The notes: a model not told the origin generated them from the letters alone. A stretch of 64,000 nt of DNA from Takakia lepidozioides (GCA_030704615.1 CM060731.1:77562001-77626000); one strand, 5' to 3'; shown: positions 39,223 through 52,689, counted from the stretch's first letter. A program made the numbers and translations.

Positions 39223-39846
39223 CAGATTCTATAGAAATTTGCAAATCTTAAAAAACATTGTACATCTCGGACCGAAGTTAGTTTAATCCACTCGATGATT
39301 GTTTGTATTTTCTTCTGATCCATAAAGACTCATTTGTCGGAAATAACGTAGCCCAAAAATTCGACTTCAGATTGGTGGAAAAAAATATTTTTCCAACTTG
39401 ACATATAGTCATTTTTCCCTCAATTTATTAAGGACAAGGTGTACATGGTGACCATGTTCTTCTTCAGTATGTGAAAATATCATAATGTCGTCCAAATAGA
39501 TGACTACAAAGTCATCTAAAAATTCTTGAAAGATGTCATTCATCATGTGTTGAAAAATTGCTGGAGCATTTGTAAGACCGGAAGGCATAACATTGTATTC
39601 GAAATGTCCGTACCTTGTGCGAAAAGCAGTCTTCCATTCGTCTCCTTCTTTTATTTGTACAAGGTTGTAAGCTCCTCTCAAGTTGATCTTTGTGAAAAAA
39701 TTTGCTCGTCCAAGTTGTTCGAGGAGTCCGGAAATCAGCGGTAGTGGGTAACGATTTTTTATAGTGACTTTGTTGAGCCCACGATAGTCCACACACATGC
39801 GTAATGATCCGTCTTTCTTCTTCACAAATAAGATAGGTGCTCCCGT
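39223..39846 (-). pseudogene. Chromovirus-type Ty3/Gypsy RT fragment
   Basis: [67 protein letters not shown]. Confidence 0.9.
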
Positions 39847-40740
39847 CACCCATCCCTTCGCTATCCGAGGTGGAAACTCCAAGATAGAAGAGTTGGATAT
39901 CTCTAAGCACTTAGCCCGCTCAGAACAATCAGTCATGACCTGCAGCTAGTGAATCATGGTTGTGCTTTCTATTTGTATTCATTCTTGCCTTCATGTTATC
40001 AATTTACCTTACCATGTATACTGAAGCATCAGATTGCTTCAGTATCTACTAAGTTCCAATTAATCATGCATTCATTCCACAGCTTCTCTCATGTCTCTCT
40101 ACACAGTATGTTTGTATTGATTCAGTTTTGGATTAAGATTAATCATGTATCATGCCTATGCCATGGTGTCCCTAATCTACCCTACTATATAATTTTACAG
40201 CTTGCATGAATTAAGCCTCAATCAAGTCATCATCTCCTCTTCAATGTTTCCGCTCTCCGTTACGTCTCCTCCTCTCCTGAACAAGTCGCCCTCCTCAAGA
40301 AGTGATCCCCTTCCTGTTGCCGCTCTGCCTAATCTACCTGCAAGCTGTTCTAACCACCTAATTAACTAACCGTTACCCCTGAAGTAACACGTTCCCCCTG
40401 CAAATGTCATTCCCACACAGTCGTTCTCTGTCAATGATAACTGTTCCCCATGTACTGTGACAGGCTGTGTCAAGCTGTGCCAAACTGTGACTGGCTGTGT
40501 AAAGCTGTGTCGAGCTGTGTCGGGCTGTGCGAAGCTGTGTCAGACTGTGACTGGCTGTGCGAAGCTGTGTCGGGCTATGTCAGACTGTGTCTGGCTGTGA
40601 TAGACTGTGACGGGCTGAGTAAAGCTGTGTCGGGCTGTGTAAAACTGTGTAAAGTTGTGTCTGGCTGTGATAGACTGTGACGAGCAGTCCAACCCCCCTA
40701 AAGCCTGCTCCTGCCACCCCTACGGCTCCTGTTGGTCTTA
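39846..40740 (-). repeat. Family B LTR (diverged), truncated at both ends
   Basis: Reverse complement of the U5 text and minisatellite of 16002-16990. Confidence 0.85.
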
Positions 40741-43740
40741 GGCGGGGGCTCCTTCGCACCGCGGGGCTGGAATGTGCAGAAGTGGGAGGAGGTGATGCTG
40801 CCTCGGCGGTCGAGCGCTTCTTACTAGGCGTGGACATAGACCATGACAAAGATGAAGACGAGCGAGGACATAGACCATGACCAAGACAAAGACGAGCGAG
40901 GAAGACCAAGACATGCAAAAGAGGAAAGAAGGACAAGGAGGGGAGTGTGATCACACACCCCCCCGATCTATAGTGAAGATCCGGCCGTTGTTGATTTCAA
41001 ATATGAACACGTGTCGTGCATCCGATACTATGGCCTTTTCGACTTTGAGACGTTAAACCCTAAACCACTTACAATCCTCCAGACAACTAGATGTAGTGAT
41101 TCACACAACTGACATGGATCCGTTAACTTTTTTTCGTTCAAAATTAGGCAAAGGAAACACACTGCAATGATGCCGTGTATGGCTCCGCTTTACATGCATT
41201 CTTGGAGAAAATGCGCATGATGTGTGAGAAGTAAACACAGTGCTCTGCCAAATGATTCAGCAAAAACAAACTCAACTGTAGTGGTTCTCCCATCGCAGAG
41301 AAGGGTCCATTCGACACCCATCGCACCATGCCAGGTTGAGGTCCTCACACACACCTACACACCAAGAATTTGCGAACCCACATCAGCTGGGAGAACATGG
41401 AAATTACCTCGTGGATCACATGCAAGCATGAATGAGAAATGGGTTTATGTTACATGGGAGATTTTGGTGTACCTGCGCGACATGCAACTCTGTCTACATA
41501 CTCCATAAGTCGCTGTCCCAAGACCCAAGTGGACAGGGGAGGCCGGTGAGTCTGTACCACAAATGGTAATCATACAGCCGAGGGTACTGCTGCCCAACGT
41601 GCAAAAGCCGCCGGCTGCAGGATGCTAGGCATGCGAACTCGGGCACAGCACGCCTCCTCTGCACCCCACCCCGTCCCAACCAGTGCAAAACAACCGTGCA
41701 TGCATTGACTGCCCTCAGGCTTTCTCTCCAGGCATTTATGGGTCTGCGATCTGCTACACGTAAGTGTCTTTGAATGCGACGATCAAAGGATCCGGTCACT
41801 TGCAGTTGCCGTCTCAAGGGCAACATTGCAAGAATCAGAATTAAGTAAGAAAGATGGTGGAAGAAGCTGCAAACAGCAAATGAGTGAAGTGGCAGGGCGA
41901 TGCTCCATTTTTAACATGCTCCCCTTCCCGCCATGGTGATAGAACCACACAAATGGACTCCCTTCCCGCCACGGTGCAATTTCACGGCAACGGAACGGGA
42001 TTGTCCGCCGAAACGTGATTTGGAGATGGCCTAAGACAAGTGGCGTAGGTTCTGGCCTTGTAGTCAGGTTGTTCACACTTCAATGCACACATTTCATACA
42101 CATTCAACCATATGCCCAAGATCACAACGTCGTCAATCGTGAAAATTGAAATTCCACGTACGTCCTCGATTCCTCACACACACACGAACTGTAGAGACAG
42201 GTCGTTTTCCAGGATGTCGTTGTTTGAGTCGATTTTGGTCATTTCTCTCAGTGTCTTGTTGAAAAGATTCTAGTTATGATGGGAAGCATCGTGATGGCTT
42301 TTAAATGGTTTGCTGTTGAGTGTAACTTTTCATCATGTTGTGGGATCTACCGGTTGGTATAAAATGTCAGCTGTCTTCTCTGCCAAAGGATGTGCGGCTG
42401 AACCTTTCAAAATTGAGATTGCAGGAGGAGGGAATTGACGGTAGTGAAATGGGAGTGGCAGAGCCAAATTGAGGAATCTCTGCAAAGGAGAATCCAGCCC
42501 CCTGCAACGGCGTGCACAAACAGCATTGAAGAGGCTCCCCAACAAAAATGAGTTCCCCTCGCCCATGCGGAGGACTTCCAAGTAATCACCCATGTAGACA
42601 GAACACCTGAGATGACAGGTTGTGGGAAAGAGAAGTGGCACCTGTCCGAGCCCTTGGGCTTTCAAGGATGCCATGCCCATGTGAACGTTGTTTGGGCACT
42701 ACAAGTAGATCTGAGGACGGTGTGCGCACACATCTCCTTCACCACAAAAGACATGAAGCATTTCGGGTGTGGATTGGAGATGGACCTGCAGACGAAGACG
42801 ATGAGGAGTGGGCACAATTGGACAATGCACACCCTCGAGGGAGCCATACAGACAGGCCAGACGAGGACTATGTCATGGGCGCATGACATGAACCAGGCAT
42901 GGACGGAGGGGTGGAGATTACTCGAATGTTGCAGGAAGCATTCCACATCATGGACGATGCTGAAGAGGGGGACGGCGCTGCGACAACTGGGGATGGTGAT
43001 GACGCAGGAAATGAAGGCATTCACGTGGGGGAAGGCGTGGAAGGAGGTGGAGACGGAGAATTGAATTCTGCACACATGACACTAGAAGAAGCATGTGTGC
43101 CACTGTACGAGGGATGCAAATCCACAAAGCTTGCTGCCACCATGCTGTTGATGAACCTGTGCACAACCCACGGTGTCTCAGACCATTTTGTGGACGAGTT
43201 GTTCTCTTTGCTTCGGCTGAACTTGCTTCCACAACCAAATGAAATGCCAAAAAGCTGTCACATGGCCAACCAAATGATTGGGAAGCTCGGCCTCAACTAC
43301 GTGAAAATTCATGCATGTCCAAAAAGACATGTACTTTTCAGAAGAGAGTACAAGGATGCTATGGAGTGCCCCAAATGCGGTGCAGCTCGATACCATGATG
43401 TGGGCAGGTTACAACAGCCAGCCAAGGTGTTGAGGCACTTTCCCCTTATCCCCCGTCTATTACGAATGTACAAATGCAAGACCATTAGTGAGCTCATGAC
43501 TTGGCATTCCAGGAATGCCTCAAACGATGGTTTGGTAAGGCATGTCCCAGATTCCCTTGCATGGAAGCATATAGATGCAACTTGGCCCGATTTTGCCGAG
43601 GACCCACGCAATGTGCGATTGGCTGTATCTACGGATGGAGTAAACCCATACGGATCAAAGAGTTGCACATGGTCCACATGGCCCGTGCAGTTGGTGGCAT
43701 ACAACCTGCCACCATGGTTGACAACAAAGAAATTCTTTGT
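40741..43740 (+). repeat. ~3-kb direct duplicate of 34260-37300
   Basis: Near-identical sequence throughout, with scattered substitutions and small indels. Confidence 0.92.
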
Positions 43741-46625
43741 CATGTTGTCTCTCTTGATTCCAGGCAAGGAGTCCGTGACAAATGCAAACATAGATGTGTA
43801 TTTGCAATCATTGATTGAAGAGCTACAGGAACTATGGATTGGAGTTGAAGCTTACGACATTTTGAAACCAGTAGGGCAACGGAGTTTCACCCTCCGTGCC
43901 ATACTCATGTGGTCAATCCACGATTTCCCCGCATATGGCCTTGTTGCGGGTTGCAAGACGAAGGGCTACAAAGGGTGCCCCATTTGTGGGCCCTATGTGG
44001 ATTCACGGCACTCAAAGCCACTAGGGAAGACAATATACATGGGGCATCGACGTTACCTTGCAAGAAACCACCCCTACCGACGAGCGGGAAGGCTCTTCAA
44101 TGGATGTGTTGAAAAGAGAATGGCACCAAATGCTGTGACACCGGAGGAGACATTGCAATTTGCAAAGGAGAAAGAGGCGTTCATGGAGATTGGAGGGAGA
44201 GACGGAAGTAGTGCGGATCCAGCCATGGAGCACGGGGTGAAGCGCCGGACAATCCTTTGGGATTTGCCATACTGGAAGGTGCATGAATCCCCCCTCCCCA
44301 TTCACTCACTTTCTTTCACATTGTGCTTCCTGGAATTACCTTTACTGTCAGGAGTCCTTCCACCAACTCCTAAGTCAGTGTAACTACTATGCAGTAGATG
44401 TTGAAGTCGTACACCTCACTGTGGAGAGGATCATGGAGTTGTTGAAAGCATAATGTAGTAACATGGGCAACTTCTGCCACATATTCTACTTTTTTTGCCC
44501 ATAGAACTTGGTCTCATGGGAGGACATTTGGCATTTCAGAACCTCTTGCAGCGGTACCTCCTGGACCCCATGCATTGTGAGAAGAACTTTTGCGAGAACA
44601 TTCTGAAGACTATCTTTGGGGAGAAGGATACGATAAACGTACGAAAGGACATGGAGATTGAAGGGATACAGTCACATCTGTGGCTAAGGCCTGATCCAAA
44701 TAGACCAGGCAAAGTGCTCATGCCAGCAGCATCATACGTCCTGACCAAATCAGAGCAAGAGGATTTTTTGAAGACATTGGGAGCCATGAAAGTGCCAACC
44801 GGATTCTCGGGTGCTTTCCAAAAGCATGCCATAAACAAGAAATGGTCGGGGATGAAGTCACATGATCTACACGTGATGATGCAGCAGATTTTGCCAGTGT
44901 GCATTCGGGGTACGATGGCGCCAGGTCCTCAAACAGCCATAATGCGTGTAAGTCGAGTGTTTAGGAAGATTTGTGCGAAGGTGTGGGATCCGAGGGACAT
45001 TACATCGTTGCATGAGGATGTGGCTATGACCCTATGTTTGCTGGAGAAAGAATTCCCTCCATCATTCTTTGACGTCATGACGCACTTGCTAGTGCATCTT
45101 GTAGAGGAGTTGCATGTGTGTGGGTCCGTAGCCAGCCGGTGGATGTACCCCATGGAGAGGTACATGAAGGATCTGAAGGGGTGTATGTACGCAACATGGC
45201 ACGGCCAGAGGGGAATATGGCGGAGGGCTACATCCGCGATGAAGCCCTGGGCTTCATGACAGAGTATATGTCTTCATTTGATGCAATACAACGACGGGTG
45301 TGGGACGAGAACGAGGAAGAAGGAGTTGTAGGCGAGGTCCTAGAAGGTGGTGGAACAAAGCGTGCCATGAGCCCGCGCCTTCGGGATGTGGCACATGATT
45401 ATGTGCTGAACAACACAACAACCATGACACCATGGAGACAGTGGGTGCCAACTTACATCCCTCCTGTGCTATTCTTAATGGTCTTTGTATGCTGGAATTA
45501 CATATATATTGTCACAAGTCATTCCGGCCACTATGGGAGTGGGATCGTGTACTAACAGGGTGCTTTAGACGACTACAGAGGGTGTTTCGTAGATCTTGGT
45601 TGTTGCTTGCAAGTGATTATGAAGTAGGCTGCATCACTACAGTGTGCTTGAAAGGACACACACTCTGCATGTGGCATGCATGTACAGCACAGTGTTGGTC
45701 AGGGGGACTGAGTTGCAGCTTCTATTTGGTTTCTGCCAGAAAGTACGCAGCGGAGAAGGTCCACCTGAAAACGGAACGGAGTGCATTTGCAAAAGTATGG
45801 CGGAGGGGCGGTCGTAGGCGCAGATCCCCGGTGGAGTACCCCTCAACAATGGAGGAGCTGCAGCCCTTTACAGTGTGGGTCAGATCTGCAATTGCAGTGT
45901 ACGCATCAGAGAACGAGGACCCAGATGAGGGCATGGTGAGTCTGTCATTCCCCCTAGGGCTGATTGCCACTTCGTACCGGTCAATGAAAGCATATGGCAA
46001 TCACTATAGAGTGGACGATGCCAACACCAGCCTCCTGGTGACTTATGACAGCGGAGTGGCATCATTTTTTGAACAAGATAGTAGGAGATGTGCACAAGAT
46101 CAGAATCCAATTTCATGCCATGTGTAATATGTAGGAGTGATCAAAGAGATCCTTAAACTAGACTATGGTCTTGTGAAGCCAATTCTATTCCGTTGTTCTT
46201 GGGTAAAAGCCAATATGGTAGGAGAGAATGCCACCATGAAACGGGATGAGTACGGGTTCCTCCTTGCTGATTTCAGAAAAATGCTACCACAAGATGAAGA
46301 GCCATTCATCTTCCCATCGCAAGTTGAGCAAGTTTTCTTTTCAGATGACACCCATGCGCCGAGATGGAAGGTGGTTCTTCACAAGGACCCCCGGGCCAAA
46401 CGAGTCGTGGCCGACGTCCATGATCTGGACCTAGGGGAGAATGCCGACCACGAGGGTCTGAGGGAACCACGAAATCTACCAGATACGGCCGAACCAGTCT
46501 CTTTGGAAGGAGCAGTTACCTTTAATGAGGAAGACATTCCAAGGTTGGTAATTACCGCAAGGCAAATTGCAGATGTGGGTAGTGAAGGGGAAGATTATTT
46601 GGATATAGATAGTGAGCCCAGCTGA
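42620..46625 (+). pseudogene. CACTA TnpD transposase, copy 2, near full length, with introns and frameshifts
   Basis: Transposase_21, HDFPAYG..CPIC, LDPMHCEKN, GMKSHDLH, FPPSFFDVMTHLLVHL..RWMYPMER (DUF4218-like), LFRCSW..EPFIFPSQVEQVFF (DUF4216-like); GT-AG intron ~44279-44539. Confidence 0.93.
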
Positions 46626-48485
46626 ATCTCAGTGTCCATTAAGCCAGCAGCTCATAGACGAGAGCTATGCTAAGGACTCTTACTGTCCTTAGAACCCATT
46701 TTGTACAGTCCTGCAAGCGCGCAAGGGCGAGACAGTTAATAGTATTGATAATGTCCCGGTATGTGGTCCGTACTGTCTTGTGAACAAACCTTTTTTTGTT
46801 CTGCCAATATTGTTTCTGACATGTGAGGAGAGGATCGTCTTCATGTACGGGAAGTAGACGTGAATGTGTGCATGCATTTTCTGGCCCAGCTGCATGCTTT
46901 CCAGGAACAAAGACCAGTGGAATGGGGGGTGTCTCCAAAGGAGCAGGACCGAACGACACCTTTTTGTGCTTCCCTTGCTTTCCTTCTCACCGTTGTTGCA
47001 TTCTCCCACCTGCCCAACAGCAGCACTCTCGAAGCAATAGCATGACATATGTTGCAACATGGTCTTCTTCACCAGCGAATGAGCTTTTTTGCTACATGTA
47101 CTGCCACGTCCACATTAACGTTGATCCCTGTAAGCACTTGGCAAGACACCCCAGAGCCGCAAATCCAGCAACCACCACAAACACATCTAACTGATTGTAG
47201 TGACACGGGAATAGCTCACTTGTAGAGGAATTGAACCTGCCAAATGAATGGCTCTGCCCCTTGTAGCACAAGTGCGATGCAAAAACAAGGTGAGTAGAAA
47301 ATGAAGAAGCACTTACGAGGTCCTCATCCCTCAGATGGGCTCCCACTTGTGCTCTGGAACTGTGCAGGCCTGACTAGCACCAAATTGCATGAATCCTAAG
47401 CCTATCCTCAATATCGCTTTGGACAGTCAGAACTCTGTTGGAGCCAGCAGTTCTGCAGCCGTAGGTGAAATACCAAAGTGGGTGAAAGCTAGGCTTGGAA
47501 CACAGCCAAAGTCAGCCCCGGGTACCAAGGTGTTCAGCCACAAGGCCGTGGTGTACTGGAGCAGAGGAGCAGGAGCTACACAAGTTTGTGCAATCAGACA
47601 TGGTTGCAGCTGGACACACTCTGCACAAAGCAACCATGAGCGGGGGTTCATTAGCAATGACAAGTTTGTTTTGCTTGAGGGAGATGCAATCATTCGCAAT
47701 GAGGACACCCGCAACCGTCTCAAAGCTTTCGAGTTGAGAGACTATCAGACCCTACCTTTGTTTTCTTTAGTGTTCAGTGAGCGGGAGATAGGGGAGTATT
47801 GCTTTGTTTCTACCTGGCAGAAAGAGGAGGAGGGTTGGTTAGAGCGAGCTACTGTAGCTTGGGACAAGGTTAGTGGCAGGTTTCTGGACATAGATATACC
47901 TCCTACACCTTACCATCATGCAGAGCGAGGCACTTTAAGAGAACTCTGGCAGTTGATAGCATAGATCAGGATTAGATCTTGCTTGGTCGGGCTTCTATTC
48001 TTCCCCTCCATCCTTGTTACTATTTTCATTACTTTGTACTTGTAGTTGCCAAAGCCTCTCTTGGTGGAGGCCAGTCAGTCCGGGGTTTTGGGCTGGGATA
48101 TTCTGCAGGATCCGCATTGCAGATGGATTTTGGTGTGGGGGTGTTGATGTTTTGATTTCTTGTGTTTGGATCCCCCCCAACACCTGCATGCTTGACTGTG
48201 CGCCATGTTGGTTTTGTGTGGGCGCTTGCTTTCATAGGGATTAGTGCGGATTTGATCACAGGTCAATCCTAGAGTATGCTGTCGGTGGTGAGGCTGGAGT
48301 GATGACCAGCAAGACCACCAGTGTTTCTTCTATGGTGAGGCTGGGTTGATGACCAGCCAACCATAGGAGTTCTTGCGGTGGATGCAGGTGCAGGTGCCAT
48401 GAGCCATTGGGATATGACCCTTAAACTGCAACAGGTGCCCACCCGTGTCACTATTAGAATTAGTACTATAGCCCTATAGTGTCAC

Positions 48486-49991
48486 GTGGGGGAGGTGCAC
48501 ATTGTGAGTGTCATCACGGAGTTACCCAAGGGTTTTGAGGGGAGTACGGCTACAGGCAGTAACAGTGAGAGTGGGTTCACAAGACGAGGTATTCGGTTCA
48601 GACCACCTTCACCTCCACCCTCAACTAGTGCAGAGTCAGACACAGACTCGGAGGCTTCATCAACAGGTGTGCAGTTTCATTCGCCATTGTTGTGGGACGA
48701 CATGGAGGAGAATTATGGAGCTACCAAGGGGCCTCGTAGGTACTCTGGAGCTGTGGGCACAATCAAGTTGGATGACTTTATCCAGCAGTTCGACAGCTGG
48801 TGTGATTTGCAGCAGATGCGCAATCCACAGCTATTCACCCCATTCATGGCATGGAAGGGACTGTTCCAGCATTTGGAAGGCCCGCCTATGGACGATTACC
48901 ACAAGTTCAGGCGAGGACATGAAGCAGAGATTGAGGAGTGGAGGATGTATTGGTCACCTGACTACGTCTCCATTACTCGAGGCACAACGCGACCAGTAGC
49001 TGCATCAGTACCAATATCTCCCATTGCCAGCACTAGTAGTGGAACAAGTAGTGCCGGTACTTCTACAGGTGGTACCAATTCAAAAGGTACTACTACTCCT
49101 CCTGCCACGACTACAACACATGTGCCTAGATTCAACCCGGTGGTGGAGTTCTTCCAGGAGTTGCGGAGGAACTACCAAGGTGTACGGACTGAGAAGCTGC
49201 AAAGTTTGCAAGACTTCCAGCGCAAACCCAGTGAGAGCCTGCGAGAGGCGTACACTCGTATGAGGCGCTTGATAAGTGTGACCCAAGGGGTTACTGAAGC
49301 TCAGGCAATCCAGTTTTGGTATGGAATTCTGGACAAGGAGCTCAAGAGAAGGGTGCGAGATTCAACCCTGTTACAAGTAGCCCAACCCACATTAGCAGAT
49401 GTGTTTCTGCTGGCTGAGCGGATTGAGCTCAACATGGTGGAGGAGCGAGTTGTTACCATTGGATTTGGCAAGGACATGCCTGCACGAGGCGCAGCTGCCA
49501 GCCCACAGGCACAAGGGACTGCCCAACAGCGTGGTCAGGGGGGCAAGGTTTCCCAACCCAAGTTCCATGGAGCTTACAGGGGACCTCAGGTGCAGAGGCC
49601 CATGGCATCTTTTGCAGGCCAACAGCAACCAGGGGTGATATGTTGGACATGTGGAGGACCCCATGTCAAGGGAGATTGCCCAGAGAGTGGCAGAAGGCCG
49701 GCACAAGCACAGCCTGCACAGTTGCAGTGTGGGCATTGTGGCAACTATGGGCATGGAGATGCCCAGTGTTATGACTTGCATCCTGAGTTGCGCCCAGACC
49801 AGTTCCAAGGGAACAATGGTGACCGGGGGCAAGGTGGACCAGCCCAGAGAGGACGAGGTGGTCGGGCACGTGGTGCAGGCCAAGGGCAAGCTCAACATGG
49901 CCAAGGACGCGGAGGTCAGGGTGTTGACCAAGGCATGGCCAACCGGCTTCAGCAGCTAGAGCAGAGGCTCGCTACCATGGCTACAGCTTAG
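48486..49991 (+). CDS. gag: gag with two Zn knuckles
   Basis: FQRKPSESLREAYTRM (QxxxE motif); CWTCGGPHVKGDC and CGHCGNYGHGDAQC. Confidence 0.85.
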   Translation: MGEVHIVSVITELPKGFEGSTATGSNSESGFTRRGIRFRPPSPPPSTSAESDTDSEASSTGVQFHSPLLWDDMEENYGATKGPRRYSGAVGTIKLDDFIQQFDSWCDLQQMRNPQLFTPFMAWKGLFQHLEGPPMDDYHKFRRGHEAEIEEWRMYWSPDYVSITRGTTRPVAASVPISPIASTSSGTSSAGTSTGGTNSKGTTTPPATTTTHVPRFNPVVEFFQELRRNYQGVRTEKLQSLQDFQRKPSESLREAYTRMRRLISVTQGVTEAQAIQFWYGILDKELKRRVRDSTLLQVAQPTLADVFLLAERIELNMVEERVVTIGFGKDMPARGAAASPQAQGTAQQRGQGGKVSQPKFHGAYRGPQVQRPMASFAGQQQPGVICWTCGGPHVKGDCPESGRRPAQAQPAQLQCGHCGNYGHGDAQCYDLHPELRPDQFQGNNGDRGQGGPAQRGRGGRARGAGQGQAQHGQGRGGQGVDQGMANRLQQLEQRLATMATA

Positions 49992-50639
49992 GTGGTACCG
50001 GCTCCCAGGCAGGATGGTCCACCTCCTGCGCCTGAGGGAGGAGATATGGGAGGCATGGGATTTATGTGCGGAGCAGCACTACCACTAGTGTAGGTGGAGT
50101 CTGCTGCAGCTGTGACTCGAGGAGCAGCACGAGTTCCTGAGCCACGAGGTGCAGAGGTGGAATTGGATCCACAGCATGGGGAGGCAAGCCGTCAGGCGAG
50201 GCTTCCTCAGTCATTCACATTGGCGGAGACAGTGTCGACGCCATCCATGGCACCCAGTTCTCGCCCGACTGTTACCGAGGCGGAGGTTACTATGCCATTG
50301 GGGAGAGCTACACGTGCAGCCCTGACACCTGCTACCAAGGCTAGTGCAGCCGGTGTGTTGTTGGGGGCAGCCACCTCTGTGTGTCAAACCCCACTGTTCT
50401 CGGCAACCATGATTGCGACGCCGGGGGTACGACCAGCTGCAGTGTTCAGACTAGCAGCAACACTCTGTGAGAGTGGGGATGTCACTTCATCTTCTGCGGA
50501 GTTAGTGGAAGGTGTAGTGGCAGAGGGATCCTCGGATTTGAGGGTCAAGACTGCCACGGCTGCGCCATGGCAAGCTGCAGCTGCCAGGTTGACGGAGCTG
50601 CCAGCTAGGCCAGCCTTTGAGCGCGCCATGGTGACACCT

Positions 50640-51090
50640 GGAGTTGTCTTGTTAGACAACCAGGATGGCATTTTCACTTTGAGTGGACCGGCAGGCAAGA
50701 AGTACCGGCCACTGCGGGTCTTGTTGGACTCGGGAGCTCAGCCACTGATGTTGGGCAGAGCTGCTATTGCAGGTTTGGGCCTCATGGAGGCGGATATGGA
50801 GCCTTGTCCTTTCCAGATACAGACATCTCTGGGAGGATCAGAGCAGGATTGGGGCATGACACGGCGTGAGTTGGCCATTGGATTACAGCCAGATCACCCT
50901 ACAGATGGCTCAGTGATGCGAGCCAAGGCCATTGTGACAGACGCGGTTTCTTACGATGTCCTTGTTGGTGGGGCAGTGTTGTACCCCATGGGCTTCGCCC
51001 TGGATTTTTGGGAGGAGTTAGCTTCCTATAGGCCTGGATGGCAGTCAAGGGAGGGTCGTCGTGTACAGCTCCCTGTGACATTCATTGGAG
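50640..51090 (+). CDS. Aspartic protease domain
   Basis: RVLLDSGAQPL ... YDVLVG. Confidence 0.8.
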
Positions 51091-51434
51091 GTATTGCGGC
51101 TGCCCAGCGGGGCAGGATGCCAACACTAGCCGCCTTTACAGCAGCAGTTAGTTGGCCTGGAGAGTTGCTGGAAGGCAATGCCCATGCAGAGGATGTGCCA
51201 CCTCCCGCAGAGCAAGATGACATGCATGGTACGGCGGAGTTGCCTGCCATGGTTGCTCACACTCCATTGTGGGGTATGGGCAAAGATTTGCAGCAGGGTG
51301 CTGATGGACGAGTGCAACAAGCCTGGGTAGAGGCCTTTGTACCGTCAGGGGAAGAGGAAAGTACGGTGATTGCACCAGGACCACCTCAGTTGTTGCCATT
51401 GGGCACCACACCTCTTGTGTGGCAGTGCCCGGAT

Positions 51435-52403
51435 GAAGGCATATGCCTTTTGGACTTGTTTGGCGGGATCAGCACTGGATTGGCTGCAGTGCTGTAGGCA
51501 GGTGTACGAGTTCGACGTTACCTATATGTGGAGAGGGATGAGACTGCACGACGCGTCTCACTGTGCCATGTTGCTCAGTTGGTACAGCAGTACCCTGATT
51601 TGTTGCCAGTGTCTGCAGTTCGTGGATACCAACAAGCCTTGCCAGCAAACATTTCGTTGCTGGGGGCGCAGGATTTGGAGCAGGTTGGCTCCATTGATCT
51701 GGTAGTGGCAGGTTGGCCCTGCCAAGGGCATTCATCAGCCGGGCATGACAATGGATTGCGAGACTCGAGGACGGGTCTGTTTTGGGAGATGGTGCGGATT
51801 TTGCGCCACTTGCAGCTTCATCAAGTTGTATCTCCAGCATACATCTTGGAGAATGTGCCACTGATGGGTGATTCTCGGGCCAGGGTGATGGCCAGTGTGC
51901 ATCAAGTCCGCTCGTGGCTTGGGTCAGCAGTGTTGCTGGATGCAGCTGCAGTGGGGTCACGGGCTCATCGTCCACGGCTTTGGTGGACTAACTTGATGCC
52001 ACCCGCACTGCTCAAGCGTGCATTTGATGGGGTGCAGCGGCCAGCACACCTCACAGTGGATAGCATTTTGGACATAGGGAGGCAGTCTCAACGTGTGAGA
52101 CACAATGACCGTTCACCTTTGGCAGTGGTCAACAGGATGGGTCAACCACGAGCAGCATTACCTACACTGCTCAGCTCCCCAAGATCCCATGCTTTTCGGG
52201 ATGGTGGACCTGGCCTCTTATGGGATAGCCAGTTGCAACAATTAGTGGAGCCCAATGCTGACGAGCGCGAGCGGGCAATGGGTTTTCCCACTGGTACCAT
52301 GGCGGTGCCATCTCTTTCTAAGGCATCACGTCGTCAGGTGTTGGGACAAGCAATGGATCTCAATTGCTTGACCTGGATTATCAGCTTGGCTATGGCTGAG
52401 TAG
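51435..52403 (+). CDS. C5 DNA (cytosine-5) methyltransferase domain, DNMT3-like, with one internal stop
   Basis: Motif I LLDLFGGISTG, II YVERD, IV DLVVAGWPCQ, VI YILENV, VIII AHRPRLWWTN, IX ERERAMGFP, X RRQVLGQAM, in canonical I-X order. Confidence 0.93.
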
Positions 52404-52689
52404 CGCAGAGTACGGAGTACACTTCCCTTCATGGTCTCCTTGCCTACCGAGACGTTACAGGCAGCGAGTGGGGGCGAGCAGGTGAAGACCACGAGGTGCA
52501 GGCCGCATCCATGGCACACGTGGGAGGTGCTCGAGGTTCATAAGGAGTTGGCAGCCAAGGCGGCGGTGATGGATCAGGTTGGGGATTTTTCTCGGGTTGA
52601 GGAGGTCCTCAAGGATGGGATGATGGGGCACGGTGAGACATTGTCACTGACAGAGGAGGCAGCTGGACTCAAGGTTGCAGTCACGGAGG

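Noticed and set aside
46640-47730. Possible Ulp1 protease gene after TnpD (HWSL text)
   Set aside because: No complete His-Asp-Cys arrangement could be assembled by eye.
48472-48485. ccctatagtgtcac resembles reverse SP6/T7 promoter ends (vector contamination)
   Set aside because: Only 10-12 nt match, no other vector sequence, and it sits in the retrotransposon leader.
51435-52403. Bacterial restriction-modification methyltransferase or contamination
   Set aside because: In frame within a Gypsy polyprotein, with DNMT3-like wording and no bacterial gene context.
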